Assembly (NCBI GenBank): GCA_013044025.1
Contig: JABEVD010000123.1
Coordinates: forward strand, 9,075-33,074
DNA: 24,000 bases
Reading direction: 5' to 3'
Origin: Burkholderiales bacterium
GTDB lineage: Bacteria; Pseudomonadota; Gammaproteobacteria; Burkholderiales; JABEVD01
The translations under genes were made by a program, and so were the position numbers. Shown one piece after another: positions 14,795-22,474 of this stretch (the stretch's first letter is position 1; each line of letters starts with the position of its first letter). Below the pieces are notes generated by a model. It was given only the letters and a program-made list of their open reading frames with translations, had not been told where the DNA came from and searched no databases.

Positions 14795-17158
14795 ATGCAA
14801 TCGATTCAATGGCCAACACCGTTTCATTTCAGCTTCGAGGAGGATCTTTCCCTTCTCGATAGCGAGCCCTGCATCATTTTCTTTTCCGATGCCAGGGAGA
14901 TCATCGGGGAGCTGATCCTTTTTTCGCCTGAAGAAGGGTTGCTCGAGGTTCGCAACGGAAACGAGGAAACTTCCGTCATTCAGTTCCGCAACCTCAACCA
15001 GTTGAGGTTGATCCATCCCCTCCATCTCAGGAAGGAAATGAACCTTCCCGAGGCCGAACTCATCACTCCTTCGGATACCCAGCGCTTCAGCGTGGAGTTT
15101 TCATCCGGTTCGAGGCTCGAAGGCGAAACGGAAGGTTTCGTGGTCGGAAAGGAAGGGCTCTATCTTTATCCGGTCGGGGATGGAGAGACGGTTTCCCGCC
15201 TCTTCATCCCATCCGCCTCGATCGAAAGCTATCAGATCGGCGATTCCATCGGCAAGATGCTGGTCGACGAAAACATGGCGACCGAGAGCGACATCCAGGC
15301 CGGACTCGAGAGGCAGCAGAAGCTGCGAACCCAGAAAATCGGCGAATATCTGACCGAAGAGCAGATCGTCTCCCCGGATCAGTTGCTGACCGCATTGAAG
15401 CGGCAGCAGTCCGGTTCCAGCATGAGGCTCGGCGATTCACTCATCCGGGAAAAGCTGATCACGCCCGAGCAACTCGAGGAGGCGCACGCCAAGCAACGCA
15501 ACGACAGGAAGAAGGCGATCGGGGAAATCCTGGTATCGATGGGAGTGGTGACCGAGGACACCGTCAAGCGCATGCTGGCGAAGAAACTCGGCATCCCTTT
15601 CGTGAACGTCAGGGAATTTCGCCTGGACATCAAGACGATACAGATCGTGCCGGCAGCCTTCGTGTTCAAGCACGACATCCTTCCCCTGTACAAGACCGAC
15701 AAGACGCTGATCGTGGCCATGGAAAACCCGATGCACTGGTCGCCTCTGGACGAACTGCGTTTCCTGACCGGGCTCAACATTGCCCCGGTGATGGCGCGCA
15801 GGGAGGATATCCGCTTTGCCATCGACAAGTTCTACAGGAACAAGGCCTCCGGCCCCAAGATCGGGGAGCTTGCCACGGAACTGCTCTCTGCGGAGCCTCA
15901 GGAGGAGATCCAGGAGGAGGCCGTCGCCGAGTCGGACAATACCCTGGTGAAGCTGGTCAACAAGATGATCGTCGATGCATGGCATAACGGGGTTTCCGAC
16001 ATCCACGTGGAATCCTATCCGGGAAAGAGGAATACCCGGATCCGCTTCAGGAAGGACGGGATCATGACTTCCTATTTCGAGTTTCCTCCGAATTTCAGGA
16101 ATGCGCTGATCTCCAGGATCAAGATCATGTCCCGCCTCAACATTTCCGAAAAGCGCAGGCCACAGGACGGAAAAATCGAATTCATTTACTCGGGAGAGAA
16201 GATCGAACTCAGGGTGGCGACGGTGCCGACTGCCAACGGGCTGGAGGACGTCGTGATGAGGGTGCTGGCTGCCGCGAAACCGATTCCCATCGAGGAGCTT
16301 GCGCTTTCTCCGGATGTGCTGATGAAAATGAAGCGGCTCGTGGCGAGACCATACGGACTGCTGCTGATTTGCGGGCCCACCGGTTCAGGAAAAACGACCA
16401 CCCTGCATTCCGTCCTGGGATACATCAACACGCCGGAGAGGAAGATCTGGACAGCGGAAGACCCGGTCGAGATCAGCCAGGACGGATTGCGTCAGGTTCA
16501 GGTCAATCCGGGCATCGGCTGGAACTTCGCTTCGGCGATGAGGAGTTTTTTGCGGGCCGACCCGGATGTCATCATGGTAGGGGAGATGCGGGACGGCGAG
16601 ACTGCCAAGATCGGCATCGAGGCTTCGCTCACCGGACATCTGGTGCTCTCCACGCTGCACACCAACAGCGCCCCGGAAAGTACGGTGCGGTTGCTCGATC
16701 TCGGCATGGATCCCTTCAATTTCTCGGACGCGCTGCTCGGGGTGCTCGCGCAGCGCCTCGCCAGGCGATTTTGCAAGGCCTGCTGGAAGAGCGGTCCCGC
16801 TTCCAGCAGCGAGATCCGCGATCTTGCCGAGGAATATTGCGAAGGAACGCATCTGGACCCGCTCGAAATCGTTTCCGACTGGCGAATCAGTCATGCCAAT
16901 TCCAGGGGGGAATTCATTCTGGGGCAGGCGGTGGGTTGCCCGGAATGCAACCACACCGGCTATCTTGGCAGGATCGGACTGCACGAATTCCTGGAGGCGA
17001 CTCCGTCAATCAAGCGTCTGGTGCAAAAGCGCGCCTCCGTGGAGGAAATCGTCGAAGTCGCCCTGAAGGAAGGCATGAGGACGCTCAAACAGGACGGCAT
17101 CCTGAAAATCCTTCAGGGACACACCGACATCCACCAGATCCGCTCGGTCTGCAGTTAG
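14795..17158 (+). CDS. GspE/PilB-family secretion-type ATPase with extended N-terminus; no partner secretion or pilus genes in the window
   Basis: Walker A LICGPTGSGKTTT, Asp box AEDPVE, Walker B DPDVIMVGEMRD, His box GHLVLSTLHTN, tetracysteine CKAC...CPECNHTGY, GRIGLHE. I prefer ATG 14795 (MQSIQW, GGGGGAAAG upstream) over the track's GTG at 14759. Confidence 0.85.
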   Translation: MQSIQWPTPFHFSFEEDLSLLDSEPCIIFFSDAREIIGELILFSPEEGLLEVRNGNEETSVIQFRNLNQLRLIHPLHLRKEMNLPEAELITPSDTQRFSVEFSSGSRLEGETEGFVVGKEGLYLYPVGDGETVSRLFIPSASIESYQIGDSIGKMLVDENMATESDIQAGLERQQKLRTQKIGEYLTEEQIVSPDQLLTALKRQQSGSSMRLGDSLIREKLITPEQLEEAHAKQRNDRKKAIGEILVSMGVVTEDTVKRMLAKKLGIPFVNVREFRLDIKTIQIVPAAFVFKHDILPLYKTDKTLIVAMENPMHWSPLDELRFLTGLNIAPVMARREDIRFAIDKFYRNKASGPKIGELATELLSAEPQEEIQEEAVAESDNTLVKLVNKMIVDAWHNGVSDIHVESYPGKRNTRIRFRKDGIMTSYFEFPPNFRNALISRIKIMSRLNISEKRRPQDGKIEFIYSGEKIELRVATVPTANGLEDVVMRVLAAAKPIPIEELALSPDVLMKMKRLVARPYGLLLICGPTGSGKTTTLHSVLGYINTPERKIWTAEDPVEISQDGLRQVQVNPGIGWNFASAMRSFLRADPDVIMVGEMRDGETAKIGIEASLTGHLVLSTLHTNSAPESTVRLLDLGMDPFNFSDALLGVLAQRLARRFCKACWKSGPASSSEIRDLAEEYCEGTHLDPLEIVSDWRISHANSRGEFILGQAVGCPECNHTGYLGRIGLHEFLEATPSIKRLVQKRASVEEIVEVALKEGMRTLKQDGILKILQGHTDIHQIRSVCS

Positions 17159-18543
17159 AGCTTTTCCGTCGCGTAATCGGCGAGCCTCGAGCGTTCGCCC
17201 CTTTGCAGCGTGACATGGCCTCCGTGCGCCCAACCCTTGAAGCGGTCCACGACATAGGTGAGACCGGAGCTTCCTTCGGTGAGATAGGGGGTGTCGATCT
17301 GCGAAATGTTGCCGAGGCAGACCACTTTGGTGCCGGGTCCTGCGCGCGTGATGAGGGTTTTCATCTGTTTCGGCGTGAGATTCTGCACTTCGTCGATGAT
17401 CAGGAACTTGTTGAGGAAGGTCCTGCCGCGCATGAAGTTGAGCGACTTGACCTTGATCCTGGAGCGGATCAGGTCGTGGGTGGCGATTCTCCCCCAGTCT
17501 CCGCCTTCCTCGTCGGATTTATTCAGCACGTCCAGATTGTCTTCGAGCGCGCCCATCCACGGCCCCATCTTTTCCTCTTCGGTGCCAGGCAAAAAACCGA
17601 TGTCCTCGCCGACCGGGATCGTCACTCTCGTCATGATGATTTCAGAATAGAGTTTCAATTCGATCGTCTGCATCAGGGCGGAAGCCAGGGTGAGCAGGGT
17701 CTTTCCGGTGCCGGCCTGTCCGAGCAGGGTCACGAAATCGATTTCGGGGTCCATCAGCAGATTGAGCGCGAAATTCTGCTCGCGGTTTCTCGCCGAAATT
17801 CCCCACACGCTGTTCTTCTGGTGGGTGTAGTCGCGGATGGTCTCCAGTAGCGCATGCTGTCCTTCCTGTTCCCTGACCCTGGCATGGAAAGATTTGGTGG
17901 ATTCCAGATAAACGAACTCGTTGACGTGCATCGATTCGCAAAGCGGGCCGCTGATCCTGTAAAAGGATTTTCCGGCGTCTTTCCAGGATTCGATTTCCCC
18001 GCCGTGGGTTTCCCAGAAGTCCTGCGGAAGTTCCCGAACCCCGCTGTAGAGCAGGTCGGTGTCTTCCAGCACCTTGTCGTTGAAATAGTCTTCGGCCTCG
18101 ACCCCGATGGCGCGGGCCTTGATCCGCATGTTGATGTCCTTGCTGACCAGGATCACCGAGCGCCCGGGATTGGTTTTCTTCAGATGCAGCGCGATGCCGA
18201 GGATCTGGTTGTCCGCTTTCAGTCCCGGAAGGGAAGGGGGGAGCATGTCCTCGATCGCGCTCGTCTGCAGGAAAAGCCTTCCTGTCGCGGTTTTCGAACC
18301 GTGGGCTTCGAGCGCCATTCCCTCGTCGATGTCGGTCATCGCGCGGCTCACGATCTCGTCGAGGAAGCGGCTCGCCTGCCTCGCATTCCTGGCGACTTCG
18401 GACATCCCCTTCTTGTTGTTGTCGAGCTCTTCCAGCGTTGCCATGGGAAGATAGATGTCGTGTTCCTCGAAGCGGAAAAGGCTGGTCGGGTCGTGCATCA
18501 GCACGTTGGTGTCTAGCACGAAAAGCTTGGTCTGCTGGTTCAT
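17155..18543 (-). CDS. PIN-domain + PhoH-like ATPase (PhoH2/YlaK type)
   Basis: N-terminal PIN domain (MNQQTKLFVLDTNVLMHDP...YLPMATLEELD). C-terminal PhoH region with Walker A LLGQAGTGKTLLTLA and ...IIDEVQNLTP...TRAG.G.K.V.LGN..QID. The ATG at 18543 overlaps the bcp stop (ATGA). The track's 18615 start lies inside bcp. Confidence 0.9.
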   Translation of the reverse strand: MNQQTKLFVLDTNVLMHDPTSLFRFEEHDIYLPMATLEELDNNKKGMSEVARNARQASRFLDEIVSRAMTDIDEGMALEAHGSKTATGRLFLQTSAIEDMLPPSLPGLKADNQILGIALHLKKTNPGRSVILVSKDINMRIKARAIGVEAEDYFNDKVLEDTDLLYSGVRELPQDFWETHGGEIESWKDAGKSFYRISGPLCESMHVNEFVYLESTKSFHARVREQEGQHALLETIRDYTHQKNSVWGISARNREQNFALNLLMDPEIDFVTLLGQAGTGKTLLTLASALMQTIELKLYSEIIMTRVTIPVGEDIGFLPGTEEEKMGPWMGALEDNLDVLNKSDEEGGDWGRIATHDLIRSRIKVKSLNFMRGRTFLNKFLIIDEVQNLTPKQMKTLITRAGPGTKVVCLGNISQIDTPYLTEGSSGLTYVVDRFKGWAHGGHVTLQRGERSRLADYATEKL

Positions 18544-18995
18544 GATGCCTCGAGAAGGGATTGCAATTGGGTCAGAACTTCCTGCGCGTGTCCGTCCGCC
18601 TTCACGCCGCGACATTCGCGGACGATTTCTCCGTCCGGTCCGATGAGAAAAGTGCTCCTTTCGATTCCCCGTACCTTCTTTCCGTACATCAATTTTTCCT
18701 TTAGCACGCCGAACAGGTTGCAGGCGGTTTCATCGGAATCGGAAAGCAGATCGAAGGGGAGGGAAAATTTCGTCCTGAAATTTTCGTGCGATTTGATGCT
18801 GTCGCGGGAGATTCCGAAGACGGTGCAGCCAAGTCTTTCGAATTCTTCGTGAAGATCTCGAAACTGCTGGCTTTCCGTGGTGCATCCAGGGGTATTGTCC
18901 TTCGGATAGAAAAAAAGCAGCAGGTATTTTTCGCGAGACTCCGACAGGCGGAAAACCTTCCCGCCGGTCGACGGCAATTCGAAGTCATTCATCAT
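18540..18995 (-). CDS. bcp: thioredoxin-dependent peroxiredoxin Bcp
   Basis: 151 aa. FFYPKDNTPGCTTE is the peroxidatic Cys motif, followed by ...FGIS.DS..SH..F..K..LPF.LLSD. Confidence 0.9.
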   Translation of the reverse strand: MMNDFELPSTGGKVFRLSESREKYLLLFFYPKDNTPGCTTESQQFRDLHEEFERLGCTVFGISRDSIKSHENFRTKFSLPFDLLSDSDETACNLFGVLKEKLMYGKKVRGIERSTFLIGPDGEIVRECRGVKADGHAQEVLTQLQSLLEAS

Positions 18996-19125
18996 GATAC
19001 GGTGGGGATCTCCATTTTTATTCAGCTTACCTTAACTTAAGTCGATTAGGATTGTCAAAGCAGTTTGAAGGGGATTCCGGACATCCGGATGCGTAGCGAA
19101 ATTCAACCCAGACTGCGCAAACATT

Positions 19126-19134
19126 TGTTATAAT
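19126..19134 (+). promoter_or_regulatory. extended -10 promoter element TGtTATAAT upstream of the hydrolase-ACP-KAS operon
   Basis: TG at 19126-19127 and TATAAT at 19129-19134, in the AT-richer bcp/hydrolase divergent gap. There is no good -35, which fits an extended -10 type. Confidence 0.4.
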
Positions 19135-19225
19135 CGTCGCACTTGCATGGCACTGCCCGGAAGGGGTGTGCCGGAACCCCGGCAGGATGGGGGCAGGAGC
19201 GCTCTGGAATAAGGATAGCCTACGG

Positions 19226-20089
19226 ATGGTAGCACTGAACGAAATTACCAAGGACATCAATCTGGAAAAGGGGGAACATGCTGTACTGCTGATTCACGGT
19301 TTGTCCGGAACGCCTCTCGAAATGCAGTATGTCGCGAGGATGCTTCACAAGGCCGGGTTTTCCGTCAGGGTGCCGCATTTTTCCGGTTATGGCTATGGTG
19401 ATCGTTCGAAAACGAAGAAGTGGCAGGAATGGCACAGGGAAGTCAGTGCGCATTTCGATGAAATGAAGCAGAAGTACAAGTCGGTTTCGGTGTGCGGACT
19501 GTGCATCGGAGCCGTGCTGGCGCTCAAGCTCGCATCCGAGAAAAAGGATGAGGTTGCCGCGCTATCCCTGCTCGCAACCACGCTTTTTTTCGACGGCTGG
19601 AGCATTCCATGGTATCGCTTCCTGCTTCCTCTGGGCTACTACACTCCGGCGCGCTATTTCTATTCCTACCGGGAGCGTGAGCCGTATGGCCTGAAAAACG
19701 AACAGCTTCGCGCCTGGATCGCCCGGGAAATGACGGAAAAATCGACTTCCGCCGCCGGATCGGCCAGGATTCCGATGAGCGGGATTTACGAGACCGACAA
19801 ACTCATCCGGGATGTGAAGAAATCGATGAATCAGGTTTCGGCTCCTGCGCTCATCATGCATTCCCTGGAGGACGACACGGCGACGGTCAGGAGCGCGGAT
19901 TTCGTCGAGCAGCATGTCGGCAGCCGGAAGGTGCGCAAGATTTTTCTCGACGACAGCTATCACATCCTGACGCTCGACAACCAGAAGCATACTGTTGCGG
20001 AGGAAACCATCCGCTTCTTCAAGGAGGCAGTTGCAAGTGAATCTTCCTCCCTTTCCACCGCGGAATTCGATACGGCTCGAGTAGCTTGA
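19226..20089 (+). CDS. alpha/beta-fold hydrolase of the Est/monoacylglycerol-lipase type with Cys at the nucleophile elbow (GLCIG)
   Basis: Oxyanion region HAVLLIHGLSGTP. Nucleophile elbow VSVCGLCIGAVLALKLA (TGC at 19502-19504, frame hand-checked). Acid residue in MHSLEDD and His in DSYHILTLD. Start chosen at ATG 19226 (AAGGA about 10 nt upstream); 19166 and 19187 are alternatives. Confidence 0.8.
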   Translation: MVALNEITKDINLEKGEHAVLLIHGLSGTPLEMQYVARMLHKAGFSVRVPHFSGYGYGDRSKTKKWQEWHREVSAHFDEMKQKYKSVSVCGLCIGAVLALKLASEKKDEVAALSLLATTLFFDGWSIPWYRFLLPLGYYTPARYFYSYREREPYGLKNEQLRAWIAREMTEKSTSAAGSARIPMSGIYETDKLIRDVKKSMNQVSAPALIMHSLEDDTATVRSADFVEQHVGSRKVRKIFLDDSYHILTLDNQKHTVAEETIRFFKEAVASESSSLSTAEFDTARVA

Positions 20090-20099
20090 AAAAATAATT

Positions 20100-20354
20100 A
20101 TGACGACTCTACAAACCATACAGAAGCTCATGGCGGAAAATTTCGAAATGAGCGAGGCCGAACTCCAGCCAGACAGATCCCTCGAAACGCTGGGGCTCGA
20201 TTCCCTTTCCGTGATCGAGTTCATGTTCGTGCTCGAGGACGAATTCAAGATCAAGCTTTCCGATGAGCGGGTCGAAATCAAGACCGTTCAGGACATCGTG
20301 ACGCTGGTGGACCGGCTCGTTGCCGACCAGCATCCCGCAGAGAACCAGCATTGA
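20100..20354 (+). CDS. acyl carrier protein (dedicated, not in the housekeeping acpP context)
   Basis: 84 aa. The phosphopantetheine attachment motif is LGLDSLSVIEFMFVLEDEF. Confidence 0.85.
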   Translation: MTTLQTIQKLMAENFEMSEAELQPDRSLETLGLDSLSVIEFMFVLEDEFKIKLSDERVEIKTVQDIVTLVDRLVADQHPAENQH

Positions 20355-21580
20355 GAAGAGTCGTCATCACCGGCCTCGGCGTCGTTTCGCCGGTCGGGAA
20401 CAATGTAGCCACCTTCTTCGATAACCTCATGGCCGGACGTTCCGGCGTGCGGGAGCTTTCGGCCGCCTTTGCGGAAAAGCTGTCGATCCGGGTGGCTGCA
20501 GAGGTCGATTTCGATCCATCCGCGCATTTCAACCGGATGAAACTCGGCTCTCTCGACCGCTTTTCCCAGTTCGCGCTGGTTGCGGCGAGGGAAGCCTTCG
20601 CAGATTCCGGACTTGCCCTTTCCGAAGAGGAAAAGAGAAGGGCCGGGGTGTTCCTCGGTACCGGGATCGGCGGAATCGGCACGGTCGAGGAAGGCTATGT
20701 CGAGATCTATACCAAGGAAGTGCCCCGCTTCAAGCCGCTCACCGTGCTGATGGCGATGAACAACGCGGCTTCTTCGCAGATCTCGATGGAATTCGGATTG
20801 CAGGGCGCCAATTTCACTTATTCCACTGCCTGCTCCTCTTCCTCGATCGCGATCGGGGAAGCCTGTCGCCAGATCCGTCACGGCTATGCGGACGTGATGG
20901 TGGCAGGCGGGAGCGAGGCGCTGCTCACCTACGGCACCATCAACGCCTGGATTTCGCTGCGGACGCTCGCGCTTGCCGACGAAAAGGACGTTTCCGCCAC
21001 CTGCAAGCCATTTTCAGCGAACCGGAGCGGTCTGGTGCTGGGGGAAGGCGCTGCGGTATTGATCCTCGAGGAAATGCAGCGCGCGGTTGCGCGCGGCGCG
21101 CCGATCTATGGCGAGATCGTGGGTTATGGCGCGGGAAGCGATGCCTGCCACATCACCAAGCCTTCGAGGGAAGGGCAGGTGAGGTCGATGCAGGATGCGC
21201 TTGCGGAGGCGGGCATGGCGCCGCAAGAGATCGATCACATCAATGCGCACGGCACCGGCACCAGCATCGGCGATGCGGTCGAAACCGCGGCCATCAAGGA
21301 TGTTTTCGGAGAGCACGCCTGGCGGATTCCGGTCACTGCGACCAAATCCATGCATGGTCACATGATGGGCGCGACTGGCGCGGTGGAGTTCGTCGCAGCC
21401 CTGCTCTCGATGAAGCATGGCGCAATCCCGCCGACCATCAATCTCGACGTCCCGGATCCGGAATGCGATCTCGATTATGTTCCCGGAGAGGGAAGGCGCG
21501 GGCTCGAAATCAATACCGTGATGTCGAATTCCTTCGCCTTCGGCGGCAGCAATGCCGTGTTGATCGCAAAAAAGATCTGA
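20351..21580 (+). CDS. beta-ketoacyl-ACP synthase, elongating KAS I/II (FabF/FabB-like)
   Basis: MRRVVITGLGVVSPVGN... with active-site Cys in STACSSS, His in DACHITKP and NAHGTGT, and KSMHGHMMGATG. The TTG start at 20351 overlaps the ACP TGA (4-nt overlap). Confidence 0.9.
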   Translation: MRRVVITGLGVVSPVGNNVATFFDNLMAGRSGVRELSAAFAEKLSIRVAAEVDFDPSAHFNRMKLGSLDRFSQFALVAAREAFADSGLALSEEEKRRAGVFLGTGIGGIGTVEEGYVEIYTKEVPRFKPLTVLMAMNNAASSQISMEFGLQGANFTYSTACSSSSIAIGEACRQIRHGYADVMVAGGSEALLTYGTINAWISLRTLALADEKDVSATCKPFSANRSGLVLGEGAAVLILEEMQRAVARGAPIYGEIVGYGAGSDACHITKPSREGQVRSMQDALAEAGMAPQEIDHINAHGTGTSIGDAVETAAIKDVFGEHAWRIPVTATKSMHGHMMGATGAVEFVAALLSMKHGAIPPTINLDVPDPECDLDYVPGEGRRGLEINTVMSNSFAFGGSNAVLIAKKI

Positions 21581-22474
21581 TCAGGCGAGGAATTCTCCTC
21601 CCTGCCTCGCGAGCAGTCCAGCCCTTCCCGGAATTTCGTCGTAAATCACCTCGTGCCTGGGAAGGTCTTCCGGAAGGGAGTCATGGTATTCGTCGAGCGA
21701 AACGAGATCGTACCCCAATGCCTTCCATCCTGAAACAAGCTTCTCGAAAATGGGCAGCAGCTTCATTCCTTCCAGTTCCGCATGCAGCGTGTAGACATGC
21801 CCGGTCGGAAGGGGATTTTCCGAAAGCTTCAGGAGATGGGTTGCAGGATCGTCTTCCACGCCCATGATTTCGTCAAGCGTGGGCAGCGTGGTGGGGAGCT
21901 GAGGACAGGACACGATTTCGGCGCGCTGCACCGGGATGAAAGGGGAAAAACCCCTGGTGTCCGAGGAATGACGAAATCCCAGCTTCTGGGTCATCCTGAA
22001 TGCATGGGGATTCATCTGCCAGCCCGCAGCGCCATTGCATTTCGCCGCATTTCCGAAAATCTCCCGATAGCGGTCGAAGGCTGCGCGCATCTCGCGCTCG
22101 GTCCAGTCCGCATCCTTTCCCATGACATTGTTCTGCCATTTCACGTGATCCCAGGTATGGATGCCGGTTTCGAATCCCCGATCGGATACCTCCTTCAGGA
22201 TTTTCGCGCATTTCATGCCGATGTCCGGGCCCGGCAGAAGCGTGCCGTAGAGCAGGGTTTTGAGCCCGTAATGCTCGAGCACGGAAGTCCGCGAAACCTT
22301 TTTCATGAAGCCGGGTTTGAGCGCGCGCTTCACCGCCCATCCGGTGTGATCCTTGCCGAGGCTGAAAAGAAAGGAGGCGGAAGCCCCCATTCTTTCCAGG
22401 AGATTCACCAGGGGAAGGACGCCTTCCCTGGTTCCCCGGAAGGTGTCCACGTCGATCTTGAGGGCGAGCTTCAT
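21581..22474 (-). CDS. arnD: 4-deoxy-4-formamido-L-arabinose-phosphoundecaprenol deformylase
   Basis: MKLALKIDVDTFRGTREGV... and AAGW...SD.RG..PF....LP.TLPT.DE..G...YT.HAE.EG are colinear with E. coli ArnD as I remember it. Start overlaps the upstream gene's stop (ATGA). Confidence 0.85.
   Translation of the reverse strand: MKLALKIDVDTFRGTREGVLPLVNLLERMGASASFLFSLGKDHTGWAVKRALKPGFMKKVSRTSVLEHYGLKTLLYGTLLPGPDIGMKCAKILKEVSDRGFETGIHTWDHVKWQNNVMGKDADWTEREMRAAFDRYREIFGNAAKCNGAAGWQMNPHAFRMTQKLGFRHSSDTRGFSPFIPVQRAEIVSCPQLPTTLPTLDEIMGVEDDPATHLLKLSENPLPTGHVYTLHAELEGMKLLPIFEKLVSGWKALGYDLVSLDEYHDSLPEDLPRHEVIYDEIPGRAGLLARQGGEFLA

Noticed and set aside
16369-17850. 493-aa plus-strand ORF that is out of frame within the ATPase gene and continues antisense into phoH2. 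Also 5469..6602 (+) antisense to the 680-aa gene.
   Set aside because: These are shadow frames of well-supported genes. The translations lack motifs and the first bridges a convergent gene junction.
19043-19050. 8-bp palindrome ACTTAAGT, plus the nearby TCCGGacatCCGGA mini-hairpin and a TTGACA on the minus strand (19058-19053), in the bcp upstream region.
   Set aside because: They are too short to be significant, and no convincing -10 lies at proper spacing from the TTGACA. Noted only as possible bcp promoter or operator context.
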